Assembly (NCBI GenBank): GCA_964036045.1
Contig: OZ038378.1
Location: 15,004,001-15,068,000, forward strand
DNA length: 64,000 bases
Source: Eutreptiella sp. 'Long Island Sound 2002'
Taxonomy: Eukaryota > Protista > Euglenida
Direction of reading: 5' to 3'
Part shown: piece after piece, positions 13,301-23,829 of the stretch
Layout of the letters: every line of letters starts with the position of its first letter
How positions within the stretch are numbered: position 1 is the first letter of the stretch
The notes under the pieces: model-generated
Told to the model about the DNA's origin: nothing
Database searches by the model: none
Seen by the model: only the letters and a program-made list of their open reading frames with translations
Translations under genes and position numbers: made by a program

Positions 13301-13916
13301 AAGCAGGAAAAACGAGTAAAAAGAAATATTTTTTTGAAAAAGGTTGTAAAAAACGGAACCGGAAATATCACCAGACTGTTGTGTGGTCCAGTAGATAACC
13401 ACCTCGTCTCGTCCCAGTGGGGGGCTAGGTTCGAATCCCGCTACGTCCCCAACCTAGCCACCAGGTGGCATATCGCACCACCACGTGGTCACCCACTAGG
13501 CACGGCAAGTGCCCCGTTGAGAAGGGTAACTCATCTAACACTACCAAACTGGTAGTTTTGTGACATGTTTGGTAGTATATTGGTGACCAAGTGGTGAAAC
13601 ACCAGATTCCTAGCCCGGTCAGTAAGACAGGTACTCCACCAGGACCTTGAGGTACCAGCACAATTGTTCAAATGCAAGGTAGTTTCACTGTTGACAGTGA
13701 AACTACCTTGCAGGACAGGTAGTTTCCCTGTTGAGAGTGAAACTACCTTGCACTGTTAACCTCACTTGGGTCCGTGCATACTCCACCACACCCAAATGAA
13801 CCACTACCAGCACCAGGGGGGGGGGGGGGTTGTAGACAAGTGGGAGGGGTTGGATACGGCCCAAAGTGGCATATAATGTGGCCTTTCACCTCGAGTTTCA
13901 CTGTTGATAGTGAAAC
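10360..13916. repeat. Irregular array of 13 conserved palindromes AGTTTCACTGT-NN-ACAGTGAAACT
   Basis: Copies start near 10360, 10450, 10722, 11089, 11627, 12147, 12835, 12950, 13170, 13246, 13673, 13718 and 13895; a half site lies near 14026. Confidence 0.95.
13376..13450 (+). other. Degenerate tRNA-like sequence
   Basis: TGGTCCAGTAG A-box-like motif and exact GGTTCGAATCCC B-box; stems do not close properly. Confidence 0.3.
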
Positions 13917-14039
13917 CTTGGCCCGTTGGGGCCTAAAAATTCAATTTCAAAAAACAGTAGTGGTCAAAAACTATTGTCTTCAGAAATCTACTGAAGTATT
14001 GGGTGTTTGTGGTCATTTTTTTGCACCAGTGAAACTACC

Positions 14040-15850
14040 TATCCCGGGTGCATGCCGGCACCTTAGGATGTCAAGTTCGTACCCCCAAGATTCTTCTTCC
14101 ATAGTGATTCGGCTATCAAATTATTGCAAATGTGTGTTCAATGAGGCCTCGCTCACGCCATACGCCGTGGTGCCATGCGGTGGCCAATTTGAAGGCAAAA
14201 ATGAGCCGTTTTTTTTTAGCTGTTTTTGAGGACAATCGTCCTCAAGGTGCAAGACCATATCCAATGCAGGCCGTTCTTCTTTCACTATAATTTCCTATGC
14301 ATTGAGCAAGACTAGGACCAAGCTCGGTCCTAGTCGTAAGTCTTGATTGCCGAGCTGGGTTTACCCTGTTGAGGTTTTGCAACCCTACTTGGGGTCCGGG
14401 GTGAGTAACACATTTTAGCAGCTGCAAGCAACAGCAGCAAGCAAGCAGCAAGCAGCAAGCAAGAAGCAAGCAAGCGATTAAAAAAATTTTGCCACAATGT
14501 GGCTCGAGGTTGGCATCTGAGTAGCTCAAAACGACCACAGAGCAAATGCGCATAATTTGTAACAAGTTTTGTGCAATTTCAAGCCGCCTGGCCTAGTTCT
14601 ATGGCCAATTTGCTGTCGAAAGATGGCCGTTTTCGGCCTGTTTTGAGGCATTTTTCAGAACGATGATCCTGAAAGTTGAGGATGATCACAAGTGTGCCAA
14701 CGCACTATCTCCAATGTGCCAACCAGCTTGGTCCTAGTAGAAGTCTTGATCACTGAGCTGGATTTACCCTGTCGAGGTTTTACAACCCTTCTTAGGCTCC
14801 AAGGGTGGGCAACACACTTCACGAGCAGCAAGCAGTAAGCCGCGGCAAGCAGCAAGCAGCAAGCAGCAGCAAGCAAGCAGGCGAGCAAAATATCTCTGGG
14901 CAGGGGAGGGGGGGGGGGGGGTTGGCTCAAAACCAGCATGCAAGTAGCTCAACACGACCACAAAGCTAATGCGCATCACCTGCAACAAGTTCTGTGCCAT
15001 TTCCGGCCGTCTTGCCCGTTTTATGGCCAATTTAGTGTCCAAAATGGCTCTTTTTTTTTTTTGCTGTTTTCAGGACTATCGTCCTGTTTGCAAGATGATC
15101 GTCCTATAAGTTCAAGCCGATCGCCACTACAAGTAAGATCCAATCTTTGTGCCATTTTCAAAAACTCTATCTCAGCGGAGCATCAAAAGACAAAGGGAAT
15201 GCACTTCATGAAATTTGAACATGCAAATTAAATTCCAAAATTTGAAATACATTAAAAACATGGTGCAACAAAGTGGGCATCTCAAAAGTTGTCAAATTAT
15301 GCGGCCTAGCGGACAAAGGCACTGCACACAAACCGCATGGCCTCATGTCATGGCTCGATGTCCCCCAAAAGACTTTTTGGCCGCCTGCTTGCTGCTGCTC
15401 GTTGCTGCGTGCTGCTAAAATGTGCTTCTCACCCTAGAGCCTAAGATGGGTTGTAAAGGAAACCCAACTTACAACCAGGCACCAGCTGGGTCCTCATGGT
15501 TGCCTTGAACCTACTTACAACCAGGACCCAGCTGGGTCCTCATGGTTGCCTTGAACCTACTTGAAGAACCGCTGATTTTCACCTCAAAATGGACTCCCGC
15601 ATGGCACCACAACACGAGAGACGCCTCTTTGAACACCCGTTTGAAATCATTTGACAGACCAATGGCCACGGAAGAAGAACGGCGTGTGTTGGAGACGCTT
15701 GCTTGACACACTGATGATTGTCCTAAACTCTGAGGCGTCTTGAAAACAGACTCAGATTGCCATTTTTTGGACACCAATTTGGCAATAGAATGGGAGAGAC
15801 GGCTCAAAATCACACACAACTTGATCCCTTTGAGCTGCTTGGATGACAAT
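14040..15850. repeat. Dispersed composite repeat family, cluster 2, with GCAA/GCAGCAA microsatellites
   Basis: Same modules as 8690-10300; includes a 46-bp tandem duplication at 15467-15558. Confidence 0.85.
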
Positions 15851-16149
15851 TTTGAGGGAGGCCGTCCTCACAGACAATTTTTACCTGTCGGTTGTTGCTA
15901 TGCTGCTTGCTGACGCACCATCGGCACCGAGTGGTGCAGCGCGCACGGGGCATGTGCTGGGGTAGGGTTAAGGGGGGTCACGTGTGGGTCCAAAAGTGGA
16001 AAAAAATGATTCTTTCCAAAGTTGTTTCGAGACCACTTGGGGCGCGCAGACAAATGGTTTCAGGCTATGTTGGGCCATCTTAGACCCATATTAGTTGATG
16101 CAAATTCCCAAAAAAACCTTGCAATGGGCAATTTTGCACCAAAAGTGTA

Positions 16150-16500
16150 GTACAGCGGGGTCCTTGGGGGGATGCAAGGGGGGGCTTATGTCTTTAGCGA
16201 GCGAGAAAGGGTTTTGGGAGGGTATAGGGGAGGGGTGCGGGGAGAGTGCGGTTGGGGGCATGTCTCTCAAGTGTGCGAAGAAGGGTTTGGGGGAGGGTTG
16301 GTGGGGGGGGGGGGTGCAGGGGGGTGCTCCCGGGAGTGATGGGGGGGGGGGGGGAGCATGTCTCTTGAGCGAGCGAAGCGAGCAAGGAAGGGTTTGGGGG
16401 AGGATGATAAAGGGGGGGGGGGTGCTGAGGGAGTGCTCGGGGTGCATGTCCTCGAGCAAGCAAAGCAAGCGAGGAAGGGTTTCAGGGGGATAGGGGAGCA
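16150..16500 (+). repeat. G-rich diverged tandem units (CATGTC...GAAGGGTTTGGGGG)
   Basis: Three to four related units with multiple runs of 3 or more G. Confidence 0.7.
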
Positions 16501-18242
16501 GTGGCCTAATCGTTCTTCGTGTCCCTCAACATGTGTCCTTATACGGCCCCTTTTACTAGTGTACTTGATGTTACCTCCCACACCCCGGTCCCAACACTCA
16601 ATCTTGAGTAGGGTTGGTGTTGAGGTGCAAGGTGAAGGGGGGGGGAAACAGTGTTGTGTCTACAGGCAGCCACAGAAAAAAATTTTCCTTTGGGCACCTT
16701 TGGTGACTGCGGACTGTGAAGCACCTTTGGCACCCATGGACTCCTCAAGCAGGTACCTTCGGTGATCGACTCTAGATTGACTATTTGCCGGAGGCCCCCT
16801 AGGGGGACAGGGGGGTTTACTTAGTATCCTAGGACTGGTGGAGCTGGACCCATGGAGCCGGAGCCGTAAACATGCAGCCACACAAATTTGTGGATTGTGA
16901 GTCCATATCCCCAACTCAAGGGGCCACCCAATTTGTAGATTGTTTGGTGTGAATATGGAGTAAGGCAAAGCAGGGAGGGGGTCGAAAATGGTCATGGGGG
17001 ACTGGGCCCAAAAAGATGCCCGGCGCACTAACACTCCCCTCAGGGGCACATGATACCACGCCATGCGTGGGTTAGCCTAACCAGAGCCCTGGCCATATTG
17101 AGAGGATTGTGCATGTGCAAGGGCATGTGCAATGAATATGGTTGCGGATGAGGTGCATTTACTAGTTTCATCCCTTTCAAGCATAGCTCTCATGTGCTCT
17201 ATCATGTGATCCATTTTCCCGATGCCATATCGGTGCTTTGTGAGACATCCTATCCATCTCCAAGTGTGCCAGGTGCGTATAAAAGGTTATGTTGGCAGTG
17301 GATAATTTGGTAACAGTCACTGTGTGCCTGTCCGGATTACTTGCAAGAGTGGTGATGATAAGACTTGGTGATGATAAGACTTGGGATGAGTATGGGCCAC
17401 AATTGATTAAGGGATCTTTTTTGGAGTATGAGGTAGGTGTGCATGATTGTGTGTACAAAGGGTGGGTGCATACTTTGGGGGAGTTTGCCTACAACGCATA
17501 CACAACGCCTGTTGCTGGGTGAGTTCCGCAGACCACAGTCAAGCTCGGCTTGCCAATGGCTGCTGGCTGCTTGCCGCTTGATGCTTGCTTGATTATAATT
17601 GCTACTTCAATTTGGAGAAAAAACCCCCTCCCCACCATCCCAGGCCCACACTTGGACCACTCCACAACAGGCCACCCGGCCCCGAAGAAAAATACAGCGA
17701 CCACCCCTAGTACTTTGGGCGTGCAGCCCTCATGAGTCAGCCCATTTTCATGCCGATTGGGCGGCAAGGAAATGTCTACTGAACAGCAGTCTGCAAATTT
17801 TGCTTACTTCTGTACCCTACAGTTGCCCAAATACAGGTCAGACGGGGGCTGCCTGTCTACAGAACAGCCCGGCTTATGTGTAGCCCACATGTGGCATGCA
17901 CCCATAGATGCATAAGCCGTGGTGCATCACACCCATTGGTAAAGCCATGCCCACTGCAGAAAAACAAAACGTGCGGTCCATCTTTGCATAGTACCACTGC
18001 ATTCAGAAGCTGGAGGAGTAGCTTTCAGAAGAGCATCCACCCCTCTGAGTGAGCACCGTGGGAAAGTGTCACTGTTAACGGTAAATTCAGGCAAACACAC
18101 AAACAACAACCACCCAAATTACAATCCCCTGAAACAGCGACCCCCAAATAAATATCCATTGTGTTGCCCAAATACACTGGCTGGGTAACTCTATAAAATG
18201 ATGACGGGGGGAAAGGCCTAACTCAGCTTGTCAGACGCCAAC

Positions 18243-18782
18243 CTGGAAATTATGTTGCTGCAGATGTTGAACAACGTCGATGCCGCGGTAGCACACTCCC
18301 TCAAAATTGAGGATGTGGTCCACAAAGACGATGTCTGCGTTTTGAAGGGCCGTCTCCACAAAATCAGATACGTCCTCCTCAAGCGCCCCGAAGGTCTTTA
18401 CTGTGCCCGGGGCCGTGTACTTGTAGCAGAAGCTTGAGAATAAGTGTCGCGCAATGCAAGAGTCGTCGATGCAGCAGAAATTCAGGCCCTGGGGAAAATC
18501 ACTGGTCAGATGGTACTCAGCGCCGGACATGTCACAGCTGCCATCAGGAATCAGTGACTCCTCAGTGGTACTCTGCTTCAGGGTTCCTGATGTTCTGGCA
18601 TTGTTCTTCGTGGCCGAAATAGGGCTAGTGGTGGCGCTGAGTGTGTCAGGGGTGGAACAGAGATACTTTCGCTCGCTGTTGTTGCTGTTGTTACCTTTGT
18701 TGCCGTTGTTATTCGTGTCGTTGGTCTTGTCATTGTGATTGCTATCCGTGATCAGATGCGCAAACTTCATGGCCAGAAATCC
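18243..18782 (-). CDS. Probable internal exon encoding a response-regulator receiver (REC) domain after an Asn-rich linker
   Basis: FCCIDDSCIARHLF ... ADIVFVDHILNFEGVCYRGIDVVQHLQQHNFQ fits the REC beta1/alpha1/beta3-Asp pattern. A CAG acceptor precedes 18782 and CAG|GT follows 18243, giving 540 nt in phase 0. Confidence 0.55.
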
Positions 18783-19602
18783 CTGGGGCGAGGTGCATAG
18801 GTTTGAGTAGGGTTGAGTCCTTTTGGGGAAATACGGGGCTGTGTTGACAAATTTGTGCAGGGTACAGAATAAATTCATGAATCGTTCTGCGACTTAAATC
18901 AAGCAACAGTAAGCACATTTGGAAAATTCGAAACAAAATCTGAGGACTCAAACTGCTTGCTTTGGTTTCAGTCCACGGTCTTCGGGGCACCTTTGACATA
19001 TGGGGTACAAAGCCCGAATGGCCCACAGAACAGGAGTGTCTGCCGTGTGATATCCCAATGGCTCCCTTATACATGGGCACGGGGCAGGGCAGTCCTCTGC
19101 CAATAAAAAACACCTTGCTTTGCACATCACAGCAAACGATGCCCACACAGCCATGGGGAGACAGCCAGGTACAATACACAGCAAAGGTGCAAATTCATCA
19201 GTACCACATCCGTGAAAAAATTGTCATTGGTGAACAGGGAACATATGAACCTGCACCCACAGTTCCCACCGAATGAACAAAACACGGGCCATTAAGACAG
19301 TTGGTGGTCAACTGCCAACGGTTGGCGGTAGAGTGCCGGCGTCAGCCAACCACAGGCCCAAAGTGGCGTCCTTGAATGTGGGTCCTTAGTGAAATTAGAG
19401 ACAAATTGTTGTTCGAAAACTGCCCTAGCACGGGGCTAGGGGGATACCCCGTCGAGGGCAGCGGTGAGCAGGCATCAAGTGCAGGGATGCAAAAATATGA
19501 GGTGCTGATGTCATCTGCCAGAGCAACCCCTGTCGTGTCCATGGTGTGGTATGCATGCCTTGTTTCGAGATCTGTGTGCAGCACAGTTCCACTATTGACA
19601 CC

Positions 19603-22450
19603 TCATGTGCCATGGACACCGGAGGCTGTGGTCACAAAACCATGGAAATCGGCTGCCACACCCTGTAAAGAGCTAAGCCCTATTTAAGTGCCAAAGGTCT
19701 CCTGCAAGTGGTGATGATGCGTGGTCCCCTTCACCCATTGTGCTCCCCTCATTCAATTTGATTAGCACGGCTGATGTGTGATCATGGAAACCACCATGCA
19801 TATGGAGCTGGTGGTGGTTGCTAACAGCACCCCTCTTTGCTGATTCACATTGGATGATCGGTGTAGATCCACTGAATGGCCCTGTCGTAGCCACTTTAAG
19901 CACCGGTTGCATCGTAATTTCTGGAACACCAGGCACATCATCAAGGCACAATCACTGCCATGTTGTTGGCGTTCATCCCATGGTGCATTCCAGTGGCATC
20001 CCCAACGCTGTTGGTCCTACACCAGAACAAGTGATTTCCAGCACGACCAATGTACACATAGGCACCTGCTCCCACTCATATCAGTTGCAGTGCTCCTTCA
20101 AACAATTGCACCCTGGGACTGCCTGGTGGGCCCTGACAATTTTCAGAAGGAACGCACAGTAGCCACATCCTGTGTATCTCGCCTTTATCTATTTCTCCTT
20201 TCACTGGATGCCCAATCTGACACTGGACCCTCAACAGTCCGACAAGCTGGAGCACAGGGACAAAAGAGAAACTGGGCTCTCCAGTAACTCCTGCAACCCC
20301 AGTTTATCCCACCAGTCCTCTGACTTCAGTTGGCTGAGATCCACAACCTCTTGTTCCTCATGCACCTGATCATTACAACAAAGAGCAGTCTCTGGCCTCT
20401 CCCTGAGCACACAGCTGTGCGCCATCTCTTGTATCTCGTGATCTGTGTGCATTGTTTGGGGGCGGGCGGGCGGGGGGGGGGGGGGGTTCGCTCTCCTTCT
20501 ATTGTAAGAGGACGTCCCACACACCCCAAGTCTGTGGCAGAGCATCATGAGTGGTATGAAGCATGGTTGCATATTTGAGACCCAATTTCCACATTCATGC
20601 GCTGGTAGATCATCCTGGAGACTGGTTTGCACCCATCCACGTGCTAGCACAGCTCACAGGTTCAGCCAGTGCACAGATCTGGCCAGGGTTGAGGGGACCG
20701 AAATTGCACCCCCTCCCCCCCCCAAATGAGGACACAGGAATGTCAGCAGTCTTGGGTTGGGGGCTCAGTCCCTTTCAAAATCACATGGCCTCCCATGCAC
20801 ATTTCCTTGACCTCTTGGAAGCTGTTCTCTGCCTCTGCACGGCAACAATTGTCCCTCTACAAGTACCCTTTTGTAACAGCACCTTCCAGGACGCCCTGAG
20901 AACCCAAAAAATGATAAAAGAACTAGCTAGGAACACATTGTTGTACAAAACTATGAAACTCAAGAATGATGGAAGAATTTCTATGAGCACTTGTTTTGTC
21001 TTGACCACCACCCATTTGACCTACACATGACAACAGCTTGGCTACGGCTGTGGGACTTTGTGTCAGGGGCATGCAGTATGTGCACTCGCCTTGCACAAGA
21101 CTCACCTCTTTCATGAGGGTGCACATGCGCATGAGGAGGATGCAGGATCCGACTATCAACCGTTTCAAAAAGCGGGTCACGGCGGATAGCACCTTTCATG
21201 GGAGTAATCCTCTGCTGCAACGCTTGCTTTGGGGATGGGTTGCTACTTCCAATGTTTCACAACGCCCCCCCCCCCTCGGTTGGATCGAGAACGCATTTGG
21301 CTCTTTCGTAGTTCTTCTCTGTGATTCTATGCTTTAAGTGTGTTCTGCGGCCTCAAGACAGTGGTGGCCACAAATGATGCCCTTGGCATGTGCTATTTCC
21401 TTGATTCCAAAGGCCACGATTTTAACAAAGCGCATGCAACGGGGTGTCCGTCTTTAGACAAGCCTGGGCTGAAGCAAGAGGACCAGGGATGTACCAGCTT
21501 GCACTCGAATCGCTGGCGCTGGGGGTTCGTCCCAGGGATTAGCAGACACTGGTCCTCATGAACTGAAACCACCATGTGGCATTGGAGTAGAGTGGCTCAT
21601 ATTTTGCTGAGTGAGACAACCAATGCAATACTCTAGTGGCCCTTGAGCAATGCAGCGAATTGTTCATGGCTCCCTGTCTGAGGCTGCCAATGAAACATCC
21701 TAGTGGAACTTGAGTAATCCAGCTCATGGCACATTATCTCAGCTACGCCTTCCTTCAGCCACACTTCTTTTCAGGGCCGTATCTATTTTTTTTGGTACCT
21801 GGCCGCAGTAGGACAAGGGGGAGGGGGAGGGGAGGGGGCTAGGCAGGCTACATTTGATACCATTTTTCAAATCGTTTTGCACTTGGTTGCAGTCGTTTGC
21901 GATCATTTTACTTAAAATCATGTGCAATCGTTTGTGAAAATTTTGTGCAAAATGTTGCCCAACAACAGCATAAAATCCTGCCCCTGCTCAGAACTTTTTT
22001 GGTTGATCTCCAACAGCCATATGCCGCCCCAACCTACAATGTGCTGAGGCATCTGAGCCTCTGGGAAGTAGCCACCATGGTACGACGGTCCTCTCCCACC
22101 TCCGAGGGAACTTGAAATTCCCCCCCTTTTCGCAACCCAGGCCCCCCCCCTCCTCCCAGGGACGGGGTGATTGTCATCAAGTAGCGTCATGGGGGAAAGG
22201 TCATTGTCAAAACACCTCCTTGATCCAGGTATCATGAGCAATGATTGAGAATGCATTCATCCAAAGCCAACTCAGTTGATGCAATGCGCTGTTTCACGAT
22301 GCACAGTCCTTGGCATGATTGCCGTACCACCACACAAAAAAATAAGCACACCCACACCACTGATTTTCACTGACCTCCATGCACCTGGGCACAAGCCCAA
22401 TATGCATGTGCAGGCGTGCAAATCGCTTGTAGGGCTGCATATATAGGTGT
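19603..22450 (-). pseudogene. Heavily decayed LINE-like element (duplicated at 26792-29640)
   Basis: Scattered endonuclease/RT-like remnants (PGRRGGAWVA, LLIPG, VQGECT); no long frame. Confidence 0.3.
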
Positions 22451-22684
22451 CTCCTGTGAAACCCTACTCATATACAAGAATCGGGCCATTGCTCCAGGCA
22501 ACACAATTGCTCTCTAAGAGCATGGACACCTGCATTTCTCCGTGACTCACCTCACACTCCTGTTTTGGAAGCAGCCATCAGGAGACATCAGTAAAAGCTA
22601 TATGCTGGACAGGCAGCATGGCAAGTTCAGATTGTGTTTGACAACCTCACTCTCAAAAGAAATCACATGGTGCAGCGGTCAGCC

Positions 22685-23305
22685 TCACTTGAGGTTGCTT
22701 GTGACAAAGTCCCAGTTGACAATCTTCCAAAAGCTCTCAAGATATGAGTCCCGCCGGTTCAAGTAGTCCACGTAGTATGCATGCTCCCAAACATCGCAGG
22801 TTAGCAAAGGAGTATATCCGTCGGTGATAGGAACAGCTGCATTCGAGGTGTTCACGATCTCCAAACTGCCATCAGCAGCCTGACATAACCACGTCCAGCC
22901 AGAACCAAAATTTCCCATTGCCGATTCTGCAAATTTCTTTTGAAAGTCCTCAACGGAACCGAACGTTTGGGAAATCTTAGCCTCCAAAGCGGGGGGCATG
23001 GCACTGCCATTGGGCTTCAAGCAGTTCCAGTAGAAGGAGTGATTAAAGTGCTGCGCCGCATTATTGAAAACCCCTTTCTTCGCAGCGTCGGCAGCAGATA
23101 TCTGAATGATTTCCTCAAGAGACTTGTTCTTCAGGCTAGGATCAGCGTCGCAGAAGCCATTCAGTTTCACGACGTATGCGTTGTGGTGCTTGTTGTAGTG
23201 CAGATCAAGTTGCTTTGCCGAAATCACAGGAGGAATACCATCCGCCACAGGGTATGCCAAGGTTGGCAGTGCGTGTTGAACACGAAGAAGCGAACGGCGG
23301 AACAT
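22685..23305 (-). CDS. sodB: Iron superoxide dismutase, intronless, with a short mitochondrial-type presequence (copy 1)
   Basis: 206 aa; LHYNKHHNAYV, NNAAQHFNHSFYW (AAQ indicates Fe type), FGSGWTWL and CDVWEHAYY; N-terminus MFRRSLLR. Confidence 0.97.
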   Translation of the reverse strand: MFRRSLLRVQHALPTLAYPVADGIPPVISAKQLDLHYNKHHNAYVVKLNGFCDADPSLKNKSLEEIIQISAADAAKKGVFNNAAQHFNHSFYWNCLKPNGSAMPPALEAKISQTFGSVEDFQKKFAESAMGNFGSGWTWLCQAADGSLEIVNTSNAAVPITDGYTPLLTCDVWEHAYYVDYLNRRDSYLESFWKIVNWDFVTSNLK

Positions 23306-23318
23306 TTATCGTCTGATT

Positions 23319-23341
23319 AGAAAAAATTGACACCCAGAAAA
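23319..23341 (-). other. Relict spliced-leader sequence 13 nt upstream of the SOD ATG (copy 1)
   Basis: The minus strand reads TTTTCTGGGTGTCAATTTTTTCT versus the Euglena SL as recalled, ACTTTCTGAGTGTCTATTTTTTTTCG. Confidence 0.7.
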
Positions 23342-23829
23342 CGTGACCTCATAGGGCCATGAATTTATTCAAACGCTGCCCAAACTGCGAGGTTCACAAC
23401 ATTGCAGCAAATGTTTGCGTTCAATTGCCCTGCTGCTGGGCTGAACAAAGCTAGGGAGGTTAGGACCTGTTCACCCTGCCCAACAAGGCATTGGACAGCC
23501 GTCCCACACTTCCAAAGTGCTCAAAAAAGAATACAACACCCAATGCATGAGGTGCCTTGGGGGGGCGGGGGGAGGGAGGTTCAACACTTGCTCCCTCCGG
23601 ACCAAGAGGATGAATGGTTTCAAACCTCCGCCTGTGACTCAACAACCACGCATGCTACCACCTGGACGAACCCACCGCTGATAGTCACTGCCAATCATTA
23701 CGAATGAACCCTCATATCTGATTGCCTTGGCCTTGGCGCAATTCCTTGGGCACCTTGCAACGTGACATTTATTGGTATCCACAAAGGTTGGTTAGGAATT
23801 CCCAACTCAGCGCCGCGGGCCCAAGCTCA

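Noticed and set aside
10360-13916. CRISPR array (repeats begin GTTTCA and end GAAAC)
   Set aside because: Spacing is highly irregular (tens to ~690 bp), there are no cas genes, and the context is eukaryotic.
10360-13916. Integron attC cassette array
   Set aside because: The arm order is opposite to RYYYAAC...GTTRRRY, there are no extrahelical-base features, and no integron integrase is present.
22300-22684. Poly(A) tail or TSD of the SOD retrocopy
   Set aside because: No A-tract on the sense strand and no flanking direct repeat could be seen.
22940-23320. Plus-strand ORF opposite SOD (also 30128-30508)
   Set aside because: Antisense shadow of the SOD CDS.
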